Assembly (NCBI GenBank): GCA_028826165.1 | Contig: JAPDFW010000114.1 | Coordinates: 806,001 to 870,000 of the forward strand | DNA length: 64,000 bases | Reading direction: 5' to 3' | From: Anaeramoeba ignava BMAN | Taxonomy: Eukaryota; Protista; Anaeramoebae | In this document: one piece after another, positions 26,197-38,314 of the stretch | Position numbering within the stretch: the first letter of the stretch is position 1 | How the letters are laid out: every line of letters starts with the position of its first letter | Program-made: the position numbers and the translations under genes | The notes under the pieces: model-generated | Database searches by the model: none | What the model saw: only the letters and a program-made list of their open reading frames with translations | Told to the model about the DNA's origin: nothing

Positions 26197-28894
26197 ATGG
26201 AGCCAATTCTTTATAATAATTTTGCTTGGGGGTTTTTTTTAAAAAAAAAATAAATTGATTTCAAATAAAGAAAATTGAATTAAATAAAAATAAAAAAAAA
26301 ACGAAATAGATTTAATCAGAATAAACAATTAGGAATGAAAACAAACAATACAAAACAACCGGTTCCAATACCATTAGAAATATTTGAAGATGGATATATA
26401 AAACAAATATCAGCAACAATTTATTCAACAACTTTTCTTGGTTCAAATTATGAAATAATTTTAAGTGGATCAATAGTAAATGATTGTGAAAAACAACCAA
26501 TAAAAAATGCCCCAAATTTTGAATATATATGTTCAAGTAGTGATGATTTTCTTGGAATTACAAAAGAAGGTCATGTTTATTCTTGGGGAAGAATTGGTTT
26601 GGAAAAATCAAAACAATTACAACAAAATGATAAAACTTTTTTTTATGAAATTGAATGTTTTAAACGAAAAGTTTGTGTTTGTATTGCTTGTGGTGCAAGT
26701 AATTTGTATGTTGTTCTGGAAAATGGTGATCTATATACAAAAGGTTATGATAGTTTTGAAGTTATTAAAAAGAGTAAATCAATATTTGGTTCAAATTCAT
26801 CAAAAAAGCAAAGTATCAAAATCAAAATTAAAATTAGAATCAAATTTAAATTCAAAATTAAAATCAAAATCAAAATCAAATTCAAAATCAAAATTAAAAT
26901 TAAAACCAAAATCAAATTCAAAAATCAAAATTAAAATTCAAATCAAAATCAAAATTAAAATCAAATTCAAAATTAAAATTCAAATCAAAATCAAAATTAA
27001 AATCAAAATCAAAATCAAAAATTAAAATTCAAAATTAAATTCAAATTCAAATCAAAATCAAAATTAGAATCAAATTCAAATTCAAATTCAAAATCAAATT
27101 CAAAATTAAAATCAAAATCAAAATCAAAATTAAAATCAAAATCAAAATCAAAATCAAAATTAAAATTAAAATCAAAATCAAAATCAAAATCAAAATTAAA
27201 ATTAAAATTCAAAATTAAAATTAAAATTCAAAATCAAAATCAAAATCAAAATCAAAATCAAATTAAAATTAAAATTCAAATCAAAATCAAAATTAAAATC
27301 AAAATCAAAATCAAAATCAAAATCAAAATCAAATTCAAATTCAAAACCAAAATTAAAATCAAAATCAAAATCAAAAATTAAAATCAAATTCAAAATCAAA
27401 ATCAAATTCAAAATCAAATTCAAAATTAAATTCAAAATCAAATTCAAAATCAAAATTAAAATTCAAAATTAAATTCAAATTCAAATCAAAATCAAAATTA
27501 AAATTAAAATTCAAAATCAAAATCAAAATCAAATTCAAAATCAAAATTAAAATCAAAATCAAAATTAAAATCAAAATCAAAATTTAAATCAAAATTAAAA
27601 TCAAATTCAAAATTAAAATTCAAAATCAAAATTAAAATTAAAAATCAAAATTCTTTGTGTTAATTGTTCTTTAGAAAAAAAAAATCCAAAAGAATTTCTG
27701 AAAATTTTGCAAAATGTGAAAAAAGTTTTTTCAGGAAATGATTCACATGCACTTTTTGCAATTACAAAAGATGAAAAACTTCTAGCAGGAGGAACTAATA
27801 CATATGGACAACTTGGAACAGGAGATTTTCAAGAAGCAAAAAAACCAACGGAAATCAAGAATCTTCCATTTAAAGTGAATCAAATCATAGACATTCAATG
27901 CGGATATTATCAATCACTCATGCTAAGCTCAGTTGATGGAATTGGAAAAGTATATTCAACTGGGGATCGTCTTGATAACGGACTTGGATTAAGTAAAAAT
28001 ACTTGCAAATTCACATTGATTCGTGATTTGGAAAATGAAAATATCATTTCTATTGGATGTGGAAGTAGCCATTCACTTGCTTTATCACAAAAAAATGAAC
28101 TATTTGTTTGGGGGAAAAACACTGGCTACTCAGAATTGGGATTTGATAGCAGCGAATCAATTGAAAAACCAAAAAGATTGATTATCCCAAATCTTAATAA
28201 AGAAAATATCCTTAAAGTATTTGGAGGTCCACTTAATTCGTTTTTATATTCTTATCCTCAATTTTCTCTAGTTGTCGATTTTCAATTGCTGTTTGAAAGA
28301 GAAGAATGTGTTGATTCTTCTTTTATTTTTCTTAACGGAAAAAAGGATGTTCATTCATTGATTTTCTCAATGAGAATTGGTGATCAGAAAACTCAAGCTT
28401 TAAGACAAATTTTAGAAAATACAGACAAAGAAATCGGTGAAAAAGTTCTTCAATGGGTTTATTATGGTGGATTTAATAATGAATGTGTTGATATTTTGAA
28501 ACAAATCGGTTTTACTGATCAAGAAATTCGAGAAAAATCAGGTTATTTAGGATTACAGAAAGATTTGCAAAAATTATATTTGCAACAAAATTCTAAAGAT
28601 TTTACTATCATTTCAAAAAATCAACCGATTAAAGTTCATAAAGTTGTTTTGCTCGCAAGAAGTGATTTGTTTAGAGGAATGTTTATAAATGTTAATGATT
28701 CTTCAAATCAAGTTAATGATTATACAGAAAGAGATCCAGAAACAATTAGAATTTTTATTGAATATCTTTATAATAATAAATTGAGGAAGAAATTAGATCC
28801 AAAAACTGTTGAAGAATTGATTGATATTGATGAATATTACCAATTAAATTCTCCAGATCATTTCAAGAAAGAATTAGAAAAAGAAAAGAAATGA
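26197..28894 (+). CDS. RCC1-repeat + BTB/POZ domain protein (multi-exon)
   Basis: WGFNQNKQLG, GHVYSWG, GGTNTYGQLGTG and IGCGSSHSLALS are RCC1 repeats. DFTIISKNQPIKVHKVVLLARSDLFRGMF...FIEYLY is a BTB domain. Confidence 0.88.
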
Positions 28895-29004
28895 AGTTTT
28901 TATTTTAAGAATTTTTTTTTTTAAGAATTTGGAAAAGTAAAAAAAAAAAAAAAGTGGAACAAAAAAAATGGAATTTTTCATTTATATTATTTTTTTGAAA
29001 TTTT

Positions 29005-29886
29005 TTAAAGTAAACATGTTAAATCTTCACAATAAAAATCAGGAACAATTGAACCAGATTTGACATTTTCCAAAATCATTGATTCAGAAGTTAAACCAGT
29101 TAAAACACATAAAGAACGAATACCAGAATTTTGAGCAAACAAAATATCAGTATCAAACTGGTCTCCAACGATGCAAACTCTATGAGGAAGAATATCAGGA
29201 AAACGTTTTTGAATCAATTGAAAAATAAAAGGATCAGGTTTAGCAACAATTGTAGGATAGCGGCGCGTAGTGGTTTGACAAGCAGCAATAAAAGTGCCAG
29301 GGCCAGGAATAGTTCTATCACCAACAGGATACACACGGTCAGCATTTGGCGCGATATAGAGTCTTGGGCCTTTTTTGGAAGGAAATGCGAGATATAAACA
29401 AGTTAATCCAATTTGATAGTAATTTAAATTTTGATCGGTTCCTATTATCACACATCCAATTTCATCATCCAAATCAACATCTTCAAGCGATAAATTTTGT
29501 TGCTCGACTTCCTGAGCAGTGATAAAATTGAATCCGTTTTTTTCAAGTTCTTCCGTTATTCCTTTTTGTCCCAAAACAAATATTTTGTCTTGATAATTGA
29601 TTTTTTTTAAATAATCAATAGTTGCATTTGTACTGCAATAAATATCTTCAATATCAAAATTCATTTCTTTTTTGGCTAATTTTTCTTGAATGTTGATTTG
29701 TGTTTCGGATGAATTATTTGTTGCTACTAATACTTTTTTTCCCATTTTTTGTAGTTTTTGTATTAATTCAACTGCTCCTGGATGCATTTTATTTCCTGAC
29801 CAAACAACTCCACTTAGATCAAATAAAAACATATCAAAAGAATCCAAAATTGTTTGAGAATCTTTTTTTGTTATTAATTGAGCCAT
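29005..29886 (-). CDS. HAD-superfamily IIA (NagD/PGP/pyridoxal phosphatase-like) hydrolase
   Basis: FLFDLSGVVW, ATNNS, VAKPDPFIF, IVGDQFDTDILFA, VLTG. The likely start is MAQLI at 29886. Confidence 0.88.
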   Translation of the reverse strand: MAQLITKKDSQTILDSFDMFLFDLSGVVWSGNKMHPGAVELIQKLQKMGKKVLVATNNSSETQINIQEKLAKKEMNFDIEDIYCSTNATIDYLKKINYQDKIFVLGQKGITEELEKNGFNFITAQEVEQQNLSLEDVDLDDEIGCVIIGTDQNLNYYQIGLTCLYLAFPSKKGPRLYIAPNADRVYPVGDRTIPGPGTFIAACQTTTRRYPTIVAKPDPFIFQLIQKRFPDILPHRVCIVGDQFDTDILFAQNSGIRSLCVLTGLTSESMILENVKSGSIVPDFYCEDLTCLL

Positions 29887-30098
29887 TTTTAAATTAAAAT
29901 TTAAGATAAAAAAATGAAAAAAAAATTGATTATTCAAAAAAAAAAAATCTTATTAAAAAAATTAAATTTAAAAAAATAAAAAGAAATTTAAATAAAAAAA
30001 AGAATTGAATGAATTTGGGAATGTTTTTATTGAGTTAAAAAAGGAAATGAAATTAAAATTGGAAATTGAATTTTGAATTAAAAAAAAAAAAGAAAAAA

Positions 30099-31151
30099 TT
30101 ATTTCTCTTCTGCTCGTTTGATATAAGTATTAATTAATGAAATTAAATGTTTTGGAAATGATTTAATTGGATGTTCAACCATTTCTTTTCCAAATTGTAA
30201 ATGCATATTAACTATAACTGTTGTTGTTAACTTTCTTATTAAAACATTAGTATTATGAAGTAAATTATTAAATTGTTGAAATAATAAAGTAACTTTGGAA
30301 ATCATAAATTCATTTTGAAGAAATGGAATAAGTTGTGAAAAGAATTCAAGAGAAACTGCAAGTAAAAAAGTATCTTTTTGAATTTCTTCTTTTGTTTTAT
30401 TATTAACTTCTCCAATATCTTGAAATTCATCAAAATTGATAAAATCATTCAATTCATTTCCATCTGATTTAATAAAAGGAATAATTGCTTCAACTGCTTG
30501 TTCTTGATTAAAAACAGTTGCCAAAGAGGCTAAAATTTGATTAATAATGAAATATGAATCATCTTCCAAATCAAAATTTGAACAATTTCTGAAAATTTTG
30601 TTAATCCAATCTTTAGTTGAAAATTTAAACTTATTTCTCAATATATTCTTTTCATAAATCGTTAAATTTTTAATAATGTCAGAAACTAATAGTTTGAGAT
30701 AGAAATCTTTTTCTTTTAAAATTGGCAATATACTTGTTAAAACTTTTTCAAGTTTCAAATTCCATGATTCTGTGAATTTTGAAGATGAAAGTAATAAAAT
30801 ATTATAAAGCGCTTCTTCTTTTTCATCTGAATTTCTAGTTTTATTTATAATTGCTGTTTGTTTATCAAAATATTCAGCTCTTTCTTCTTCTGTTTTCTCA
30901 ATTAACATTGCAATTAGTTTTTTTAATTGTGTTTTATGAATTTGTTCAACTTCTTGTCTTGCTATTTGTTCTTTTGATTGAGTTGTAATTGAACTGAAAA
31001 GTCGTTGTTTTGTTGTTTGAAATGTTCTTAAGATTTTGTTTTTCCGTTCTCTTCTCATTTTAATTGCTTGTGGTGAAGTATCTGGTGGTCTTTGTGGTGT
31101 AGAAATAACAACTCCTGTTTTTGTTTTAATAATATTTGGTGAATCAGCCAT
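30099..31151 (-). CDS. HEAT-repeat protein resembling the CLASP C-terminal (TOG-like) domain
   Basis: The C-terminus NVLIRKLTTTVIVNMHLQFG...LINTYIKR resembles the CLASP C-terminal motif VRK..V..LV.....G...L...YIKR. Confidence 0.55.
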   Translation of the reverse strand: MADSPNIIKTKTGVVISTPQRPPDTSPQAIKMRRERKNKILRTFQTTKQRLFSSITTQSKEQIARQEVEQIHKTQLKKLIAMLIEKTEEERAEYFDKQTAIINKTRNSDEKEEALYNILLLSSSKFTESWNLKLEKVLTSILPILKEKDFYLKLLVSDIIKNLTIYEKNILRNKFKFSTKDWINKIFRNCSNFDLEDDSYFIINQILASLATVFNQEQAVEAIIPFIKSDGNELNDFINFDEFQDIGEVNNKTKEEIQKDTFLLAVSLEFFSQLIPFLQNEFMISKVTLLFQQFNNLLHNTNVLIRKLTTTVIVNMHLQFGKEMVEHPIKSFPKHLISLINTYIKRAEEK

Positions 31152-31338
31152 TTATTATTTTTTTTTTTGCTTTTTTTTTTTTCAATTAAAAATTCGTTGT
31201 TTTTTTTTTTTTAATTAAAATGAAGAAAAAAAATGAAAAAAATAATTAAAAAAAATAATTTTTTTTTTCTCCTTTTTAATTTTCATTTTTTCTTTTTTTA
31301 AATAGAAATAAATAAAATAAGAAATAAAATAAGAAATT

Positions 31339-32174
31339 ATGAAATTTATTCTTTTATTTTTATTTATTCTTTCTTTCTTTTATTCTTTTTCTTTTCAAAA
31401 TCAAAATTTAAATTTAAATTTAAATTTAAAAAATTCAAGATTTGTTGAAGATTTTTATTCTGTTTCTTTTTTAAATGATATTAAAAATATTCCTTTTTTA
31501 AATGATTCTAATTTTAAAGTTGAAAATTTTACTTCATTTGATGGTACAATTTATGAATGTTTTATACCTGAAAAAATAGGAAAAACAAATAAAGAAACAA
31601 ATACAGAAACAAATAAAGAAACAAATAAAGAAACAAAACAAAATGAAATAACAATTCCATTTATTGATAAATGTTTTTTAGCACAATCTGTAAAAATATT
31701 TAATAAATAAATAAATATTAAATAAATAATAATTTTTGAAATTTTAAATCAAAAAAGGAAGAAAATGGATGGAGTTATGAAGTTTGTTATAAAAAAGAAG
31801 TTAGACAATTTAAACAAGTTTATGGTTTTATTGAATGGATTAATTCTTTAGGAAAATTTACAAAAGATGAATTTACTTTTAAAGATAATAAAATTCAAAT
31901 AACTCAATATTATGAATCTGGAACATTTTGTCCAGAAATTAATAAACCTCGTTCTTTAAAAGTTAATTATATATGCTTAGAAGAAGAAAATTATGAAGAA
32001 GTTTCCCAAATTTTAGATACTTTTATAATTTCAATTCAAGAAACTCAAACATGTACTTATGAAATTATTATTGCTTCAAAATTTCTTTGTGATATTAATG
32101 AAAATACTACTATTAATGAAAATCTTCCTTTTATTGAAATTCAATGTTTTAAAATTGGAAATATTTTTAATTAA
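31339..32174 (+). CDS. OS-9/ERLEC1-like ER lectin (MRH domain), two exons
   Basis: Signal peptide; YECFIP; GWSYEVCYKKEVRQF; QYYESGTFCPEINKPRSLKVNYIC; ETQTCTYEIIIASKFLC. Confidence 0.85.
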
Positions 32175-32587
32175 AAAATTAAAAAATTAAAATTAAAAAA
32201 AATAAAATTTTTTTTGTGGATTATTCCACTTTTTTTCCTTTTCTTTTCTTTTTTCAATTTATTTTTTTTCTTTCTCTTTCTTTTCAAAAAGAAAAATAAA
32301 AAATAAAACAAAGTAAAAAGAAAAGTAAAATCAAAAAAGAAACTAAAATTAATTTAAAAAAAAATTCAAATCTTTTTTGAAAGAAAAAAATAAAAAGGAA
32401 ACAATTCAAAATTTTTTGGATTGATTTGATTTTTAGAAGAAGAACATTTTTTAACTAACTAATCAAATTAAAATTAAAATTAAATTAAATTAAAATTAAA
32501 TTAAAATTAAATTTAAAATTAAAATTAAATTTAAAATTAAAGAATTTTACCTGAATTTCAATAATTTTAAATTAAATTATTATAATA

Positions 32588-33508
32588 TCAATTATATTTT
32601 AAATTATTTGGATCTAAATTTGAGAATGAATTATAAATCATTGGATTAGTAAGATAATATTGATTTGGGTAATAATAAGAAGAAGGAGGATAATAAACTT
32701 GATTAACAGGATAATATTGATTTTGATATTGATTTTGGTTTTGATATAGATATTGATATTGATATTGTTCAGTTAATTGAAAAGAAGGAATTTGTTGATT
32801 TGTTATTTGATTAACTTGTTGATATTGAGAAATTTGATTTTCATTTTCATTTTCATTTTCTTTTTCATTTTGATTTTCAATTTGATTTTCATTTTCAATT
32901 TGATTTTCTTTTTGATTTTGATTTTCATTTTCTTTTTCATTTTCTTTTTCATTTTCTTTTTCATTTTGATTTTCATTTTCATTTTCTTTTTCTTTTTCAT
33001 TTTTTTTTGTAATTCTGGATAATTCAATTAAAGTTTGAGCAACAACATTTTTTAAATGGAAAATATCTTTTACATTTTTCTTTTCAATTTGATCTACATT
33101 ATTATTTTCATTTTTATCTTCATTTTTCTTTTCAATTTTCTTTTCATTTTCCTCTTCAATTTTCTTTTCAATTTGATCTTTATTTAGATCTTCAATTTTC
33201 TTTTTAATTTCATTTACATTTAATTCATTTTTTATTGATAAAGTTTTCTTTACTTTCTTTTGTTTTTGATCTTTTTTTGGTTTTTTCAAATTTTTATTAG
33301 AATCTTTTAATTTTTCTTTTCTTTTAGTTCTAATACATTTACGAAATCTTAAATTAGTTGAAGGTCCATAAATTGCAGGTCTGTGTTTTGAATGAAGTTT
33401 ATAATAACAACCACAAGCATTACAAAGATAATCATGATTTGGAGCTGGTCCTCTTCTCCACATTGGGGTATCTGTTGTTCCACAATTTGAACATCTTCTT
33501 TCGGTCAT
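32588..33508 (-). CDS. GATA zinc-finger transcription factor
   Basis: CSNCGTTDTPMWRRGP.....LCNACG, followed by a basic region and a Q/N/Y-rich tail. Confidence 0.92.
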   Translation of the reverse strand: MTERRCSNCGTTDTPMWRRGPAPNHDYLCNACGCYYKLHSKHRPAIYGPSTNLRFRKCIRTKRKEKLKDSNKNLKKPKKDQKQKKVKKTLSIKNELNVNEIKKKIEDLNKDQIEKKIEEENEKKIEKKNEDKNENNNVDQIEKKNVKDIFHLKNVVAQTLIELSRITKKNEKEKENENENQNEKENEKENEKENENQNQKENQIENENQIENQNEKENENENENQISQYQQVNQITNQQIPSFQLTEQYQYQYLYQNQNQYQNQYYPVNQVYYPPSSYYYPNQYYLTNPMIYNSFSNLDPNNLKYN

Positions 33509-33589
33509 TTTCTTTATTATTTTTTTTTTTGATTAATTATTTTTTTTATTTGATTAATTATTTTTTTTATTTGATTAATTAATTTTTTT

Positions 33590-33905
33590 TTAAAATTATA
33601 ATTATTAAAATTAATAAATAAATAAATTATAAATTAGGATTAGATGAGAAAAGTGTATTTTTATTTGATTAATTAATTTTTTTTTGGAATGATCAATTTT
33701 ATTATTTATTAAAATTATAAATTTAAATTTAATAAATAAATAAATAAATAATAAATTAGGATTAGATGAGAAAAGTGTATTTTTATTTGATTAATTAATT
33801 TTTTTTGGAATGATCAATTTTATTATTTATTAAAATTATAAATTTAAAATTAATAAATAAATAAATTATAAATTAGGATTAGATGAGAAAAGTGTATTTT
33901 TATTT
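33590..33905. repeat. ~120-bp tandem repeat x3 directly upstream of the GATA gene
   Basis: aaattaggattagatgagaaaagtgtattttt occurs at ~33632, ~33753 and ~33870. Confidence 0.85.
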
Positions 33906-34699
33906 TTTATTTAATTGTTTAATTTTATTGTTTATATTTTTTTGATAATACAAATAATTTAATAATAATTTTATATTTAATTTAATAAAAATAAATAAAT
34001 GGTTAATCATAAAATTTACAAATTGTAAAAAAAATAAAAAAAGATTATAAAGAGAAAAAGGGATAAAATATAAAGTAAAAATAAAAAAATAAAAGTAAGT
34101 AAAAAGTGTAAAAATAAAAATTTTTGATATTTTTGAAAAAAATAAAAAAATAAATTAGAATTAAAAATACAAAAATTAAATTAATTTCCTTTTTAATTTC
34201 CTTTTATTATTTCAAAAAATATTATTAATTATTTATTATTTAAATTTAAAATAAAAAGATAAAATAAATAAAATAAAATTAAATATTAAAATTGATTTTT
34301 CTAAATTAAAAGAAAAAGAAAAAAAAATATTATGTGATCTAATTTAGTTTTTTTTTTTTTTATAAGATCTAATATTTATTTAATATTATTTTAATATTAA
34401 TTTAATATTTATTTTTTATTTAATTTTATTGTTTTAATTTGATCTTATTTATTAAAAACTAACACGTGTTTGTTTAAAATTTTTGCTTTTTTTTTTTTTC
34501 CTTTTAATTTTTAATTTGAATTCTTTTATTTTTTATTCTTTTCTAACTTAATCTCCTTTTTATTTATTTTAATTTAAAATATAATTTAAAAAACTTTTCT
34601 TTTATTTCTCTTTTAATGATCTAAGTCAAATTTTTATTTAAATTTCTTATTTAAAATTTTCTTATTTAAAATAATAAATTCCTTATTTAATTTAATTAA

Positions 34700-35975
34700 A
34701 GATCAAATTAATCAAAAATAAAATAAATTCCTTATTAATTTATTAATAAATTTAATCAAAAATAAAATAAAATAAATTTAAATTAAATTATTAATCAATT
34801 TAATCAAAATAAAATCAAATAAATTCCTTATTAAAATTATTAATCAATTTAATCAAAAATAAAATAAATTCTTATTAAATTATTAATAAATTTAATCTAA
34901 AATAAAATAAAATAAAAATTTTTAAAATAAATTATTAATAAATTTAATCAAAAATAAATTCCTTATTAAATTATTAATAAATTTAATCAAAAATAAAAAT
35001 AAAATAAATTCCCAAATTAAATTATTAATCAATTTAATCAAAAATAAAATAAATTCCCAATTTAATCATTAATAAATTTAATCAAAAATCAAATAAATTC
35101 CCTTATTAAATTATTAATAAATTTAATCAAAAATAAAATAAATTCTAAATTAAATTATTAATAAATTTAATCAAAAATAAAGTAAATTCAAATTAAATTA
35201 TTAATCAATTTAATCAAAAATAAAATAAAATCTAAATTAAATTATTAATCAAATTAATCAAAAATAAAATAAATTCCTTATTAAATTATTAATAAATTTA
35301 ATCAAAAAAAATAAAAATAAATTTCTTTATTAAATTATTAATAAATTTAATCAAAAATTAAATAAAATAAATTCCCAAATTAAATTATTAATCAATTTAA
35401 TCAAAAATTAAATAAATTCTAAATTAATTTATTAATCAATTTAATCAAAAATTAAATAAATTCCTTATTAAATTATTAATCAATTTAATCAAAAATAAAA
35501 TAAATTAAATTCCCTAATTAAATTATTAATAAATTTAATCAAAAATAAAAATAAAATAAATTCCTATTAAATTATTAATAAATTTAATCAAAAATAAAAT
35601 AAATTCCTTATTAAATTATTAATCAATTTAATCAAAAATAAAATAAATTAAATTCCCAAATTAAATTATTAATAAATTTAATCAAAAATAAATTAAAATA
35701 AATTCTAATTAAATTATTAATAAATTTAATCAAAAATAAAATAAAATAAATTAAATTATTAATCAATTTAATCAAAAATAAAATAAATAAATTCCTAATT
35801 AAATTATTAATAAATTTAATCAAAAATAAAATAAATTCCTAATTAAATTATTAATAAATTTAATCAAAAATAAAATAAATTCCAAATTAAATTATTAATA
35901 AATTTAATCAAAAATAAATTCCTTTTTAAATTATTAATAAATTTAATCAAAAATAAAATAAAATCTAAATCAAAT
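34700..35975. repeat. ~45-bp intergenic minisatellite (attaaattattaataaatttaatcaaaaataaaataaattcc)
   Basis: More than 20 visible copies. Confidence 0.9.
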
Positions 35976-36031
35976 CAAATTAAAATGTTTCTTTGTTTGT
36001 TGGCTCTTTTATTGAAAAAAAAAAAATCAAC

Positions 36032-38176
36032 TTAAAATGTTCCAAAAATTAAAAAAATTATTGAAATTATCTCAATTATTAAACTTGTTGGAAAAATTTT
36101 ATTACTTGATGATACTGGATTTGGTTTTCCAAAAATTTGAATAAATTGATTTGGATCATTTTTACTTGTTGCAAAATATCCATATCCTGTTGAATAATCA
36201 ACTCCTGAAACTAAAATATTCGTGTAATTTCCTATTGAAATATTTTCAAGAATTTCAATAGGATTTAATCCAATTTGAATAACTCTGGCTTCATAATATC
36301 CTCCTTCATTATTGTAAAAATTACTTAAGAAAAATCCATAATCTCCACTTGAATCAAGAAATGATGTTGAAAAACTTTCAATTCCACTAACTTCTTTTGA
36401 ATCAATAATTTCCATATTTGTTAATGAAACTCTAAAAATCGAACTCCAATCATTTCCTGTTCCCAATTTTTCCGGATTTGAATCTGAATAAGAAGTGTAA
36501 TGAGTTTCGTTTGTGAAATAAATGTATTGATATTTCTTATCAAGAACCATTGTTCCAGTATATTCATCCACTAAATCAACATAATCAACTTCACTAAAAC
36601 TTGATAAATCAATTTTATTAATGTAGTAATGATTATCACTTGAATTTCGAAAATGAGAATAAAGATATCCTTTTGAGGAATCAATAAACAACCTTAAAAA
36701 TGCTTTAACTTCAGGATTTGTGATATTATCAACAATTTCAAGATCAGGAAGACTAATTTTGAGAATTGAATAAATCATTTGATCAAAATCTTCAAAAGAA
36801 ACATAAAGGAAATGATTCTCTTCATCAAATGAGCTTGATACTGTGTAACTATTTGAATTATCAAGAAATTTCTTTTCTTCAATAATTGAAAAATTTGATA
36901 ATTGAACTTTGATAATTTTCAATCCTCCATGAACAAAAAAATAAGCAAATCCATTCTTAACATCAATTTCTCCACAATAAATCCTATCAGAATAATTACT
37001 AACAGCTAAGAAATCAATAATCTCAAATGATCTAAGATCAATTTTGGCAATAAATCCAAAATAAATATTGAAACCAACATATCCTATTTGATTAACTTCA
37101 TCAATCAAAATTACTTTTGGAAATTGATAATTTGGAATATGAGTTGAATTTTCTTGAGTAAATGTTGTTAAATCAACTTTGATAGCTCTTGAAGTATCAA
37201 ATCCAATAAAAGAATAGTTACTACTTGAATCCATCACCATAGTGTAAGAATATCCATTTATATGAAATTCCAATGAATCAATCCTTGTAAAATCTGTCAA
37301 ATTAATTCTCACAAGATATCCAGACCAAGCTAAGAAATAAGCTATCCCACGATCTTCATCAATTCCTGCTCCATAAATATTTATCTCATATGATTCACAA
37401 TCAATAGAAGTTACTTCTGTGAAGTTTTTCAAATCAACTTTGATAACTTTGATTGTATCAGTTCCAATTCCAGCCCCAGCTCCAACATACATAAACTCAT
37501 TTATAAAATCAATTACTCCAAATAATGGATATGATTCTCCTTCAGCTAAAGCAATAGAATCAACTTCAGTAAAATTAGATAAATCAATTTTATGAATTCT
37601 TGAACTGGTTTTATGGATTAAAACATAAAGAAATTGATTAGGAACATCAATAACAGATCCTTGTCCTCCAGTTTGTGAAAGTGATAAATTTGATTCTATT
37701 GAAAAATTCACTAAATCAAGTTTCAAAACAGAAGCTGATGAAGTTTTAGTAATGAAATAAGCTTTCTGATTAATAGTATCAATTTGAGCTGAATAAAGAC
37801 CAGAAATAGTATCTAACACAATAATATCAATTACTTCGAATGTTGTTAAATTCACTTTGATGATTTGTGAAGGATTGTTATTTGTTCCAAAATAAGCCAA
37901 TTTATTCCCAACATCAATTATTCCACAATAAACCTTAGTAACTCCTAAATCAATATAATCAACTAATTCAAGATCACTCATTCTAAATTTGAAAAGATGA
38001 GAATTGAATCCATAAAAAAAATCACAATCAACAAAATAAACAAATCCAGATTCAGAATCTATCAAAGAATTATAAGTATTTTGCATTCCATTTGGAAGTA
38101 AATCAAGTGATTTAATTGAATTAATTTCAGATTGAACAAATAAAAAAAAGAACCCCAAAAACAGAATTTTCTTCAT
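36032..38176 (-). CDS. Secreted/membrane-anchored repeat protein, probable beta-propeller surface protein, 714 aa
   Basis: N-terminal signal peptide. Repeats of ~43 aa (ID....AYF.......IIKVDL..F...D.I). Hydrophobic C-terminus preceded by SSS, consistent with a GPI signal or TM anchor. Intronless. Confidence 0.75.
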   Translation of the reverse strand: MKKILFLGFFFLFVQSEINSIKSLDLLPNGMQNTYNSLIDSESGFVYFVDCDFFYGFNSHLFKFRMSDLELVDYIDLGVTKVYCGIIDVGNKLAYFGTNNNPSQIIKVNLTTFEVIDIIVLDTISGLYSAQIDTINQKAYFITKTSSASVLKLDLVNFSIESNLSLSQTGGQGSVIDVPNQFLYVLIHKTSSRIHKIDLSNFTEVDSIALAEGESYPLFGVIDFINEFMYVGAGAGIGTDTIKVIKVDLKNFTEVTSIDCESYEINIYGAGIDEDRGIAYFLAWSGYLVRINLTDFTRIDSLEFHINGYSYTMVMDSSSNYSFIGFDTSRAIKVDLTTFTQENSTHIPNYQFPKVILIDEVNQIGYVGFNIYFGFIAKIDLRSFEIIDFLAVSNYSDRIYCGEIDVKNGFAYFFVHGGLKIIKVQLSNFSIIEEKKFLDNSNSYTVSSSFDEENHFLYVSFEDFDQMIYSILKISLPDLEIVDNITNPEVKAFLRLFIDSSKGYLYSHFRNSSDNHYYINKIDLSSFSEVDYVDLVDEYTGTMVLDKKYQYIYFTNETHYTSYSDSNPEKLGTGNDWSSIFRVSLTNMEIIDSKEVSGIESFSTSFLDSSGDYGFFLSNFYNNEGGYYEARVIQIGLNPIEILENISIGNYTNILVSGVDYSTGYGYFATSKNDPNQFIQIFGKPNPVSSSNKIFPTSLIIEIISIIFLIFGTF

Positions 38177-38314
38177 TTTCCTTTTTTTTTAAAAACAAAA
38201 ATAATCAAAAATGAATTGAGAAAAATGAATGAGAATATTTTTTTTTTTTTGATTTATTTAAAAATAGGGGATTAAAATAATTTAATTAAATTTTTATTTT
38301 AATTTTATTTTAAT

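Noticed and set aside
34700-35975. CRISPR-like array (conserved core with variable intervening bases)
   Set aside because: The intervening parts are short variants of the same A/T sequence rather than unique spacers. There are no cas genes and the context is eukaryotic.
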